Below the pieces are notes generated by a model that saw only the letters and a program-made list of their open reading frames with translations, did not search any database and was not told the origin of the DNA. Of a DNA stretch of 64,000 bases, positions 31,201 to 44,800 are shown in pieces; position 1 is the stretch's first letter, and every line of letters starts with the position of its first letter. Made by a program: the position numbers and the translations under genes. The stretch is from the NCBI GenBank assembly GCA_977030845.1, contig OZ365115.1, forward strand, positions 31,372,001-31,436,000. Direction: 5' to 3'. This DNA comes from Fimbriosthenelais zetlandica. Its lineage: Eukaryota.

Positions 31201-34200
31201 AGAGAGTGGGTGGACCTTATTGCAAATTAAGATGAGTATAGTTTTATATACATAGCCTGACTACTCATGAAAATATAGCGTGAGTTTGATCCTACCTCCA
31301 GTAAAATGATCCAGATAAAATCTAATGAAAACATAATGGACCTTAGGGCTGGCCATACATATGTACAACTCAATCACTGGGCCGTGCCCAAAGGAAGAGG
31401 TGCAGCACGAATAGTGGGGAATACAACTCTCATAGCAAATTAAGGTCCTAACACTGTTACATATGAAGTTCTGAATATCTACAGGAGGGCAACAAGAAAT
31501 CAAATTGCAGGCGGAGGCAAAGAATTCAACAGCTTGTCTTTAGAGTCTTAAAAGGTCTTTTTGAAGAATAGAGCTTATGGGATTTAAACACATAATTTTG
31601 GGGTGACATTAGAAGATTAAATAGAGGTTACCTACTTATGAGGTCATACCAGAGTGCAATAGAAGGAAAAGAAACAAAAAAAACCATGAGAGGAGTCTTA
31701 AGATTTTGTCTGAACCACGATTGGTTGTCAGTGAAACCCCTGAGGGCATGGGTGTCCTGGAAGATAAGCCGAGATAGTTGGTAGTAGAGCTGAGATAGGA
31801 CCTCAATGCTTATCACTGATAAATCACATACAAGTACCTTGATACTCTTTACCAGAGGAGGCAAAAAAAACCTCTACCCTGTACAGAGCAACCTTATCCA
31901 ACCCATCTCCTATAGGCTAGACGCAATACTAGTCAGGGTGATGGAGGGGTGGGGGATCAATGGGACAGGGGTGTATATATACGATCACCCATATCACTCA
32001 CTCCCCCTGGAGGGATGCATGTGGGGAGGAGGATGGGGGAATGGGATATAGGGGTGCATGGGCAAATGGGAGTAAGGGATCATATAGAGTAAATGCCAAG
32101 CGATCAAATGAGAAGGGAAGAAGAGAATGGTATGAAAGCCGAGAATGAGAAGAGGAGAATAGAAGTGATGTATTCCCTTTCACTTTCTTCTTCCCTCCTC
32201 GCCTTTCGATATTCTGTCAAGTCGTTCATGACAAAATCGCCATTATTCATTAGCATTAGAGCCATGTTTCCCAATACTAATTAGGAATGTGAAGTTATAA
32301 AATAATGTCAGGAAAGGCCCTTCAAAGGATAATTCACCTGCCTTCTCCCTTATCATAGCAAGCCCACACAATGGTGCAAATCAATAACTTTCAATTAGAT
32401 CCTCCCATAGTTAGAACACTCGCATTTCAGGCCATAATTCATAATAGAGCAAAAGGAAAGTCACAACCCATTTCATAAAACCAATCAGGCTGTTAGAAAG
32501 TTGGAAATAATCTCGGAGCCACAGCATTGTGAACTGTAATTTGCAGTCGTATCAACTTCCAACTTTTAACTTCTTTTTGCTCTTTTAAAAATTGCCCCTT
32601 TCCATTTTCAAGATCAGATACATTTGAATGGGAATTAGCAGCGGGGCTTCTATAATAGACAAATGCAGTATCAGCAGTGCAATTACAGGAGCAATAGCAG
32701 CAAGGCAATCCCTATGTGGATTAAACTCTGCCAATTCAATTACCATTGTCACAAAATCTGGCTGGCAATATTCAACAACACCGGCACCTTCTGCCTTCCT
32801 CCTTCTTCATTCTTCAACAGAATCAGGGCCAGTTCAATTTTTCCCCATTCCAATTTCCATTTTCTCCATTAGACCTAATCAATTTACAATTTACATTAAG
32901 GGAGCATATTATTTTTCACCGGTCGGTGGGAGGGGAGTACACTGTGATTTCATTGCGTTTGGCTGTAGGGGTGTGAGTAATGACACTAGATTGGCATAAC
33001 GTAGAGTTATTTTCTACTGTAGCCTGACATCAGTAATTAGAGTGTTGTGGTGGTGATTGCTTGTATTGGATTAGACAAGGCTGATATGTCAGTTACACAA
33101 AGCCCACAAGGATATACTGAGAGATAAGTGTTACGCTCAACAACCAGCAACCCGAATCACCAAGTTAAGGTCATGACAAACATCTCACTGATATCACTGC
33201 ATGCACATTGAAAATTAATTTGTATGCAACTAATATAATTTTAGAATGGGTCTCGTACTTTGTGAGGGGCTATCGTGGGGTGCTTCCATGACAGTTGCAT
33301 TGCACAATCCTTTCAGGAGGCCCATATAGAGTGCAATTTCAATGTGAGGCGATCGTAGAAGGTAATATTTTGCTATCATTATTGAGGTGTACAAGTGCTT
33401 AAGATTGCCTTTCCCACAGGACCTGTATTGTCTAATATAAAAAGTGCTCGTCAGAATTGTAAAACAGAGGCAATATTAATAATTCCTGCAGGGAGGATAA
33501 ATTCAGGACAGATAAAATGTTCACAGGTGTTATAATGGTTTGGAGTGCGTTCTGAAACCAATCATGAATTGCAGCGCAAAACATCGAATCAGTATCAACC
33601 ATCACCTGTACTGTAGTTGTTACCAAAGTGTGAACGCTAACGTTAAATGAATGTCATGGCCTTAAGAGGAGAGGACCTGATGGGGAGTGAGGCTCAGTGT
33701 TAATCCATACAGAAGACAAGGTTAGACAGATGTGAAATTAATGTGTGAGTGATGTAATAAGCCCCTGCTCCACCCACCAGATCCTAGACATGAGCTGCTC
33801 ACAATGGCTCACTGTCCCAGCCTAATAGCACAAGATCCAAGGGGTGGTTGGTATAGGGCATGGCCATACCTCCCCTCCCTGTCTTATTCCATTTATCAGC
33901 ATCATTTATTCATTTGCCAGGAGATGCACCCTGTCTTTTTTAACCGCTGGAAACAGCCATCATTCCGCAATGATTTCCGCAAATATTTTTCTCCATCGGA
34001 TGAGCAAATCATCATCCAATCGTACAAATGACATTTTGAATATAGTAATCTTTCAATTAAGTAGATTACAAGGCCAATCTCAATTCATGTAAGCGTCGCT
34101 TTGGCATTACAGACCAAACTACAAAACAATTTACTCCAATGGAGTTTTATCACCGGCCATGAAAGAAATGCAAACAAAGCTGGGGATTACAATCTCGTTC

Positions 34201-35777
34201 ATACATGAGTTGGCCAATGTCCCTTGCATTAGGACCAACTCCAATCCAACGGTATCCACACGTGTACAAGTCCATGGCCATGGAAAGTAAATACAAATGG
34301 GAGTATTTCATTGCCACATATAAAGCTGAGTAAACAGGCATCTCCTCATGTCATAGACAAGGCGCGGATGAAGGCTGAGATAATCTGCCACATGTGCAAT
34401 CATCTTCATCGCTTAGACTGGCCCGCCATGCAAACATCGCCAGTAGAGGGATAGGGGAGGGCTTTAATTGTGTGCGCCGGATGTGGGGATTTGGTGCATA
34501 ATTAATGGCATATCCAGTGATACATGAGCATGAAGGGGACTGCTTAGATTGCACTTCATTATCAGCAAGGAGGCTTTCACTAGGAAGTTTGTGGATAGAG
34601 ATTTCAAATTAGGATGTTTTATTATGGAAATGAAGGCAACATTTGAGACTGTCTTGACTTCAACTTTTGCCTTTTATTTGCACAATGGGGACTTACACCA
34701 TTGTGTGCTGGTTAATTCTCTTTCTCAACATAACAGAGGTATACCTTATACCTATTACCCCCCCCCCCCTATATCCTCGAGGTTCACTAATAGAAATACA
34801 AATGACAATATTAACCAAAGTAGAATATTTACAGGGAATACTTACAAGGAAATTGTCAATGCTTTGAGAGTGATTTCTAAAGAGAACATAAGTCATCTGA
34901 ATATGCGTCGAAACAATTGATATATAACAATTGTCACAATGGCCTTTGCATTCACAAAAAGGAGTCTCAGACGTCCCAGCTTCTGACATGGCAAGTCCTT
35001 ATTGAAAACTTGTTCCATAAATGTATAGAGCAAAGGTTTTTATAGAAAGGTGAGCGGATTATTCCTAAAATGAACCACAGTGTAAGCTTCTTTTTCTCTT
35101 TCACCCTAAAGCGCCAGGGGCGACATTTCCACATACATATATATGGAAAGAGCACAGGGATCACAGTGGAAATCCCACTTGCTTGATATTTGGCACAGAA
35201 TGTACAAGCGAAATAACAAGCAGTGTCAATGATATATGACAGCTCCTCCCCTAGCCCTGCAGCCAGCTCTCCTCGCAAAATCTCCTGATTATTTCTGGAT
35301 ATGAAGATTTACTGGTGACCCTCATTTTTGCTAGGCAAGTCCCTTGCATAACAAAGTGACACCGGATTCAAAGGGGGCGCCTGAATAATATATCTACTTG
35401 GCAGCATCAGGCTGGAAGAGGCAATCTTTGCGGGGAATTGGCAATGACACTAAGCTGGCTTCTTCAATATTCAAGTAATGAGTCTAATGATTTGGGAATC
35501 AGGTGTTTATATCTCATGTATACAAAATCTAACTGAATGGAAGAATCCTGAGGGGCATGTCATGAAAGGCCCTTCTCTGTGTCATAGAGCTTTTAAATAT
35601 TTCAATTGTTAGCGATGGATGGGAAGGGGAGGGCGACACCCAAACATGAAATATCATCAAAGACAGCATCAAAGATGGATGAGTGGCAATGTAGGGCCTG
35701 CCACAGTCTCTACTGCTCACTTGTATAATGTGTGGAAGCGTCATGTTTGGTTTGATATCGTCTGCCATGCCACTCAC

Positions 35778-35798
35778 CGCTCGACGGTGATGGATGAT
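35778..35798 (-). other. Candidate 21-nt microexon
   Basis: tatgtatgtttgcag|ATCATCCATCACCGTCGAGCG|gtgagt; open in all three frames. Confidence 0.35.
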
Positions 35799-38055
35799 CT
35801 GCAAACATACATAACCGAGTCTTCTAATGCTTTGCTCCATGAAAGATGGACCTAAAGGATTAGGCAATGGCCGAGGCTCTTGGGAAAACACGAGCAATGG
35901 ACATATATCCAGAAGACAATGAATGTACTGAATCATGTCCCAAATGGACCAATTTCCGTGATACTGGTCCAGAGTATTATCTGAATAGTACATATCTAAA
36001 AGGGAATGTCATCAATAAGAAAATGTCTAAAAGGGACTGTATTTAATTATTTCCCAAAAGGACTCATTTACTGTCAAAGTACATTTCTGAAAAGAGAGCC
36101 TTTCCAGGAAAGTCTCAGAAGAAAATAGATCAGCATAATTTAATGACAACGACGATAGTACATTTGTCTCAATACATTTGTCAAAATACAAATTTCACAC
36201 TTAGATCTTCAAGAATACTTTTCTGAAAAGAAAGCATTTCAAAAAAGTGTGCGAAGAAAATCTGCTAAATTTACAAACAACGAGGCAATTTGTGATTTCT
36301 GAAAATATTTTACATGAACTGTCGGTAGTATAACATGGAGGCTTTCCTGCTGCAGCGAAGAATAATATTATGATAAAATAGCTTAGAAGTACAAGATAAT
36401 AGAGCAGCCATATTCCCATCACCTAGAACTTGTATGTGTTATAATGAGCACATCATTCCTGTCTCAAGTCTACAGGCCCGCTCCTCTATATCGCTGCCAA
36501 CTATTTAACACGCTGTCACCTCAATGCCTCTCTTCTCTCCAGGAATTTGTCACGTCTGCTCCATAGTTTGTCCCCCAGAAAGTAGGGGGTATAGAAGGAG
36601 GAGCATGGAGGAGAGGAAAAAGGTGCAGAGGGAGGGAACTAGGGAAAGCAGGGGGTGAGAGCACCTTATTATAAAAGCAGATTTCCGGGAACTCATCTGC
36701 CATATAATTGCTGCATGGAATATACAAGTCTTAGATAATATGGTTGCCGTTCATTTTTCACGTCTTTTTTTTTAGGTTTTTCATTTAATACAGCACAAGA
36801 AAGGCTTGTAAAGGACTCATAGGGATCACAGACAACAAAATGGAGTTGGTACTAATTGCTGCTAAAAGATATCAAAGAAATTTACAGCATGATAAGACAT
36901 TGTACCACGATTTATCCTCTGTATTTAAATACATCATAAAGAAAAGATCTATGAAATGAATATAATGAGTGGAATCAGTGATAAAAGCCTGTCTATTCTG
37001 TGCTTGGAAATCACAACAAGGTTTCCTATTTAGGCTTAAATCATGGCAAGCCTATATTTCCAACACACAACCTTTAACAGCACTGACCAAAAGGCCAGTG
37101 GAGAAATTAAATTTATCAACCTGTGAAGACAACCGAGTTTAGGAGAGTAATTCACAGAGATTAAATTGGAGAGGCAGCTGGGTTGCCTTGGTGACTTGAG
37201 GCCTGAGTGTGTGGGTTGGAGGCACACCTGGGTCCCGTACCATCCAATCCTCGTCCTACAGTCTACATATAGGACCCCAGCTTAAACACGGAATAGACGA
37301 TCGCCTCCAGGTCGCCCTGCTTAAGTGGGCATATCAGGAGCTGTGAATGGCTTCTGGCTGAGTCTCTGGTAGGAATTATTCCCAATGCTTTCTTGGTGGT
37401 TCAAAGCTGACCCAGGGGATTGACACTTCAAAGGCTGGATCCCAAACCAGCTAAAGGTCAAAACAGTGAATAAGGTTTAGTCCTCTCTGGGTCAGACCGG
37501 TCAAGTTAGGCTTAATGGGAATGCTTGACCTCAGGCAAAGTGGGCAGAAAAAGGGGGCTTTTACTTAATGTGGGATTAACCTAAAACCTCCTTAACTTCA
37601 CTCTGTGTTTCGTAATTGAAGAAAGACCAAGAGAATATCTGGTCAAAAGTACAAGCTAGGATACCATACTAAATCATGAACTAAGATTTACGCAATGAGA
37701 TTAAATCTGGGGCTATGAGCTTAATTGCCCCTCCTCATGCATGGCAGCAATGTGGGTTTTCAAAAAGATCATGCAATTTAACTGTGTAAGCATTTAACAA
37801 CATCTAGGCCTGGCAATGACTAGTCAGCACGCGGTATGACTCAGTGGTTAGCCCAGTCATAAGCCATAGATCATCGCCACAGTTAACCCTCATCATTACA
37901 AATGCAACAATTACTTTTCTACCCTGCCTTCCCCATTTATCACTTACCCCTATAGGCACTGTTGCATACATTTGGTTACAATCGTATATTCCAGCCTACA
38001 GTTGAACTGTTATATAGAGTATGCATGCAAATCTAAGTTAACTATAGAGATTTTT

Positions 38056-38219
38056 GGCTTGCGATTATTGCTCTTTCATTGCAATTTTCTTCTAGCAACA
38101 TGTGATTGCAGTCCCTGCCTTCTTGCTGCGGCAGTGGAGCTTGATACAGGTCTGCAACAACCAGACGAGTTGCTGCAAGAAAATGATAATTTGCTGCCAA
38201 AAATGTCTTCCGCAAGGGC
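38056..38219. mobile_element. Degenerate short inverted-repeat element (old MITE-like)
   Basis: attttcttctagcaac versus the reverse complement of gttgctgcaagaaaat; cttgcg/cgcaag near the ends. A weakly similar segment (catgtgat, ctgccgaaaaat) lies at about 48790-48900. Confidence 0.35.
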
Positions 38220-39652
38220 TGGCTGCAACATGCGTTGCAAGAAGTTAAAATTCAATCGGAGTTACCCCATTACTGCTGTAGGCAACATCTAACCATATTA
38301 CCAGTCATGTTCAAAGCTTCATTTAAAGAGAATTGTAAAAAATAATAACTCCCCCACTACATTTGCATGATAGGAGAAGGCCAGCCATGAATAGAGTGGA
38401 AATTGTTCCAGTCATAAGGAAGACATCAGGATTTTTAGGCCGGGCAGGAAATTGATTTAATGTCAGAGCTATTCTGGGGCTCCGGGCCGAGGTCTGATGA
38501 ATTCCTATTATGTGTGGCTGGTTGGCCAGAGTCATTTAACCAAAAGATCTCGGTGTTGCATGTAGAGTGGCATCCATTAACTGTGTAACGATATGGCTGA
38601 ACCCCCCAGTGATACTTCTAAGCCATTACCATGTAGCAATTGGACACAGAGAAATGCAATGCTTCCAAATTGAGTGAATCGATGTGCTCAATAAAAATCC
38701 AGATATAGCTTTTATAACTTGGGCCACACTGGCACATGGTAGTTCGGATTTAATATTGAGGATTGATTTTGAATTTTGTTCTGAAATTCACTTTAAAATG
38801 TTTTGGAAAGGACATTTTGTTGAATTCAAGCAATGGGACCCAAAACAGACATACCACAGAAAAGAACAAAACATCATTGATTGTTCAAAGTGACTTTCTT
38901 ATCAATTACAAATGGGAGAACATTAATGCACATCCATGCATGTCAGGCCAACTATGTATGGAGATTTCAATATGTATTAGATTAATGGTCTCTTGAGGCA
39001 AAATACAAAAAAGACACTAGTAGTAGTATTAAAGCTTTTTTCAGATCCCTTTCGGGAATGGCGTGTAAGCTTTCAATGAATAAAGGCTTATTTATACAAG
39101 GAAAGCGCTATGGGCTTGTTTTCAGGGAGCTCAGGGGCTATAGAATCTTACTTCCAGTAAAAAGATTCCTATAAAGAGAAAAAATCAACCAAACATGTCA
39201 CAAAAGCCATTTGTATTTGGATTGTATCGAATGTCTTTAATTTAATGCATTAAAATGCAAACCCAAGCCAACCAAGCTTTCCCCCGGAAGGCTATGTAAT
39301 TATCAGCTCTGTTTCACTGCGTAATTTATAGAATATTTAATGCTTTAATTTATAGATTATGTATTCATGCTGTGCCAGAATTATCACACAGACATCTCTT
39401 ATAGGTGGATTATTCTCTAACGGGTTTTAATCCCATTAGATCACATCAATGGATGCAATAAAACGAGAAGAGCTTACTCACCCCCTGGATCAAACGATAA
39501 TCCATGGCCTGATCAGGCTACATGTATCAACTCCGAGTGTCACCATAGATCCCGCTACTAATCTGTTCGTGTGCCTCCAGTCCATGCTCTCCAGTATACT
39601 CCCTCTATATAATGATCTGATACACTTGCTAAAGTGAACGGGTTATTTAGAG

Positions 39653-39822
39653 AATGGGCTTTTCTTCAGTCAAGGAGTCTTTCTTCAGTCAATGAGCCTT
39701 TCTTCAGAAAAGGGACGTTTCTTCAGAAAAGGGACTTTACTTCAGATAATGGGCTTTTCCTCAGTCAAAATGACTTCTTCAGTGGATCGGCATTAATTAA
39801 ATGTAATGGGCTTTTCTTCAAG
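39653..39822. repeat. Degenerate ~19-bp tandem repeat with TTTCTTCAG core
   Basis: aatgggcttttcttcagt, caaggagtctttcttcagt, caatgagcctttcttcaga, aaagggacgtttcttcaga, aaagggactttacttcaga, taatgggcttttcctcagt... Confidence 0.85.
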
Positions 39823-41805
39823 TGCAAGGAATTATATTCATTGAGTGAGCCATTCGTGGGTCACCAAGAAGTGTTCAACAGTGAATGAACTTCACTTGGG
39901 TCTTTCATTAGTGAATGAGTTTTCTTCAAGAAACCCCAATCCTCCTGCATATCAGTAAATAACCTTACTCCAGTGAAATGAATTGACTTCCTTTGACTCC
40001 AGTGAGTCAGTTTTCCTTACAGCTATCTTGTTCTTGGTTTGGGTGTTCAAGAGATGTTGACCTATTGACAGTTTTGATTATACACTGGTAGGAGATGAGA
40101 CCAGTAGGATGGGTATATATAGGGTATCTATAGTGGATGACCATGCGTACTGTCAAGGTATGTTAGGTACTCCTGCACCTCCTGTCTCCTCCAGCTCCCT
40201 CCTCCTCCAGTAGCTCCACTGTCATCCCACCTCGCGGCCTTCCACCCTACCCACCCACCACCTCCTGTCAACAACACTGCTTTTCCAGTACCCTCCTGGA
40301 GGACCAGCGCAGCTCTCAATATATGCAATGGTCCTTACACAATGTGCCTTCAGTAGTGGTGGGTAGAGGGGCTGTGGTCAGATGAGGCAGGTACTTGACC
40401 CTTCTATGGTACCCATGCAGTACACACCTGGGGATGTTAATGCTCAGGCAGTTAACACATGGCTCCCAGTGCCTGCTGCAAAGCCAGCTTGTCTATACTA
40501 CTACCACCACCAGCAATGCCACTACTACAAGTGACAGTGAGGGGAGAGTGAACTGAAATGATCTCCCCTTTCCACGGACTAACTCACGCACACCGCGCGA
40601 GTCTGTGCCGTGATGACTGAGTGAGTAAATGAGTGAGTGAGACCCACACACCCATACAGAAGGATCCAGCCTGGCTATCTTTAGTACACGCACCCATGGT
40701 GGTGTGTGAGTGACTGAGAGTGAATGAGTAGGTAGATGTGTGAGCCATGCGGCATTAGTGAGCCTACTGGTGTGAGAGAATGGAACTAGGGGAGGGAGAG
40801 AGTATGGGAGAGAGGGGGAAGCATTCATGGCCGCATTCCAAGTGAGCCACAAAGCTATCAATCAGGGACAGATGGGCGGGGCATGGCTGTGATTCCTTCA
40901 CAATTCCTTCACTAGATCTCAACCATTGACAGTAAGTCAGTGGGTCTGGCTGGCACAGTTCTCATTCACTTTCCTCCTGCACGGTTCCATGCAGAGAATT
41001 CTCTTTTCCTTCTGAATTTCAATTCAGGACGAAGCCATTACAGTTAGCCCTGAGCCTGTCCCCAATTACAGGACATGATTTTTTCTCAAGAACAACTGCT
41101 CTTCAAATGCCTTTTTGAAGCCTCTGTGAAAAACGACAAATCAGAAATGGTTGAGGGCATGTCAGCCATCAGAAGAAAGGCTGGCCCCTTCCACCCCTGC
41201 CTAACACCCAGGCCCTCACAAACATGTCACCTGCACTTGTGATTGGTCAATCAATGCACTTTTTGTCCTCTTAATCAGGCTGCGTCTTCATAATCGATTG
41301 CCTGCCAATAAACAGGGTGATGACAGGAAGGCACCTTGTGAGGGTTTTGTGAGGGACTGAGGTCCCTGCCTGCACGCTACCACACAATACGATGACCCTT
41401 CATACAAAGGTTCAGTACTAAACATTTTTGGTTGGGCAGTTGGGTCACCCCTATACCTAACGTTTAATGGAAAACACATAGCAGAAACACGCAATGGTAT
41501 GCTCGTCTCGAATGCATGGCAGCCATGATATTGCAGTTAGCAGCACTGGGCGGTTGTGAATTGTGTAATAAATATATAGGACTATTTGCAAGATTGCCAA
41601 ACATAGCTTGTATCATTGAGTAGGTGGATGAGGGGGACTTAAATATGCCATACTGCAACAATTACTGCTTGATTCAGCATAACTGGAGCCATGTGGGATG
41701 CAGGATGTATTCCCAGTTGATTTATGACATAAGAGTTTACACTGCTTAATTAATTAATAGATGAATGATTGCTTGGAGGCCGGGGAGATATTAAATTCGC
41801 CTTAC

Positions 41806-41844
41806 CTTGGCCGCTCCGTAGTTATACATGTGGCCGGGTATTGT
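41806..41844 (-). other. Candidate 39-nt microexon of an unidentified minus-strand transcript
   Basis: cttctgtctcttccag|ACAATACCCGGCCACATGTATAACTACGGAGCGGCCAAG|gtaagg; frame-preserving, open as TIPGHMYNYGAAK or QYPATCITTERP. Confidence 0.45.
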
Positions 41845-44800
41845 CTGGAAGAGACAGAAGATTTATAATTATAAACATGTATGTATAGAATACAGTTCAA
41901 AAATCATATTAGATATCATCGATAACAATTAATACAGTTTAAGATTCAGATCTACTGGCACATAGCATTCCCCGACCCGCAGGAATGAAAGAAGGAGTTG
42001 ATTATAAAGACTTTCAAGGAAGTAATCGCCAATTCACATAATTTCTCACAATACATAGGGACCTTTCAAACATGGGTTGAACTAAATGTGTTTCTTGAAA
42101 AAAAAATCATTAAGTCCTGATACAAGGACATGTACAAGGTTTTTTCCTTTAAAGGACGTCGGTTCACATCTGAAGGGAGAAAAACAAATGTAGGGCAAGC
42201 AGCTCTATAGGATTCAGTGCTAAGACATTCAATCAATAGCTATCTATCCCCTCTATAAGATATGGCTGACTAATGGGGTATCTAGAGGCTGTATGTAATG
42301 TAGGGGCTTCAGCACTCATCTCCGCCTTTTGTCAAGTTTTAAGACCAGCTTACATTCTCTGGAATGCCTCAAAATACGTTTAAATACACAAGTTGTAATC
42401 AAGAGAATTCAGGGAATTTCAAGTCGAGGTCGCTGGGGGAAAAGTCTATTCTTTTGGGGCCAAGTAAGTAACCAAGACCCCCGCCCCATCTGCATTTTTC
42501 TTTTGGACAAGTTTTGGTCTAAATGATTTCTTTTTCGGCTTTTCAACAGGCGATATTAAATTCCAAAGGTATTTACTAGATTCTGGCAAAACGTCATTGT
42601 ATTTCAAGTCAGCCAGTGCAGCCCTAAAAGCCTTCCCTTTACATTATTAAGAGGAATGTCTCTCTTCTGGGAAACCTGATTCGTCCTTGCAATATTCGAG
42701 AAAGAAAAACGAGTGGAGTAATTTTAGTACAGTACAAAAATGATTATGAAATCCAAAGTAGAAATTCTGTATCAAAGTAGAGAGTCGGTGTCAAAACTTT
42801 ATTCCCAGAGTAAATTTTCACTCAGATGTCACATGCTTCACTTAATATTTCTCAGATTGAACATCTTTTCATTTACAAGGAATAAACTTGCTACAGCAGT
42901 TCCTCAAAGAGGAAGTAAAATATTTCAGCAGGAGCTACATTTGCACAAGAGGAATGAGGAGGGAGTCCTCTTTAAAGAAGACACGCGTTTCCCTGCATGT
43001 ACTCAATGCTGGCCTCTGAAATGGCAGGCTTTAAATTACAACAGGCTCAAGAAAACCATGCTCTTCCGAGCAGCACTTCACTCGCCTTTCAAAGCTCTGG
43101 TCCGGTGAAGCAGTTAATTTGAACATGACGAGAGCTTGATCAAATTCATTCTTCGCCCAAGATCAAGTCGGGATTATTTTCTTCTTTTTAAAAAATGGCT
43201 TGAGGCCATACTTTATTTCGACTAAGTACTCTATGATTGGTCAGGTGTGTATAATGTATACTGAAGATAGTGCTGGGATGAAAAGTGCACAGTTTTGAGA
43301 GGCAGTGAACGTGGGTTGTATGAATTGATAAACTTTGATTTACAAACATAGAGATGGATGTTTGTGAAGTTATGGATAAGAAGCACTTTGAGGTGACAGA
43401 AGTTGTCAGTTCCTGCTTTGGTTCATACTTTGAGCTTGAAAGCAGTGAAGTCTCAACAGATGTATTTTTAATGTCTAACGTTCATAGCTCAAAATAAATG
43501 TCTCTAACAACTTTGGTAATTTCACTTTGAACACTTTCAGTTTTCACCAAATAGGGCCATGGAATTAAACATCCGTGATTATTTTTTTCAATAGTGTCCT
43601 TTGTGCGCATAGACAACACATTAGCTTAACAACGCGGTAAGCTAGCCCCAAATAGACACAATCAAAATGTCTTAGAAGGTTCCAGCAAAATAACATAATT
43701 CATTTTTAGAATGGAAATAATGACAATTAGAGAGGAGCATGAGTTTAAACTGAGGCATTGTGAAGCACGTGGAGAGCTACTCTGAGCAGTTGTTTGCATT
43801 ATTAATCCATGAACTCGTTTATATGCTCGCACCAGCCTGCCCCATCCACTTGCTCATCTAGCCCCTCCTCCTCCTTCTCTGCCTCTCTCTCCCCTCATAA
43901 ATCCATAATATCAGTCTCAGTAACGGCTCCTTAATGACATAACGGCTCAGCCAGCATGTAATGAAGCTATTCTGCTTCTGCAGCATTAACACTGTGCCCA
44001 TAGTAAATATGATTAGACCCGGCCAGTTCACACCTTTTAATACCAGATTGGTCCCGGCTTATCACCAAGCACAATCTCGCCCAGAGGTTGTTTGTCATCT
44101 AAATCATCCTACCTGGATAAGGCAGAGTGCACTGATTAAGTGTGACTGGGGTGTACTCGAGGCCATGAAAATAACAGCATGTATAGGATGAGGTGGTTAG
44201 GTCAAAGGTTAAAGGGTAGATAAGAGATGGTTGGTTACTCAATTGAGTTTTCTGGTCAAGGACATGATAATATTTGGGGCAACAACAGCGGCTTTATTCA
44301 ATATTTGAACTGTAATCTTAATGCTCTAACCTTGTTTTAGACCAAGGTGCTCTAATGGGGGAGATACAGTTACAGCCCAAGGCCACAAGCAGTGGATAAC
44401 ATGGTATGCATTTATTCACTATCCCGATGAGGTAAGGAAAACAAGGCGAACGAAGGAGCAAGAGCAGGGAGCTTGAGCGGGGAAATCAAAGGCCAGAGCC
44501 AATCTCTACCGAGGCCAGCATCCAAGTACATAGAGAGATGAAAGGGGGGGGGGGAGAATCACATTGATGAGAAAAGACACAATTAGTCTACCGGCAGATG
44601 CCAATGTTCAAAAGACATGCAGGCAATGGCGGAAAAACTTACCCAATTAGCTTGCCATCAATGCTTATAGCTGTACTCATCTTTGTTATATATAAATATA
44701 TTAGACATCAAGATAGGGTAAACTTAATATGATACTTAATGATACATTTTATGTATCAAAAACCACAAAATAAAACTATGCCAATTATAGAATTGATCGC

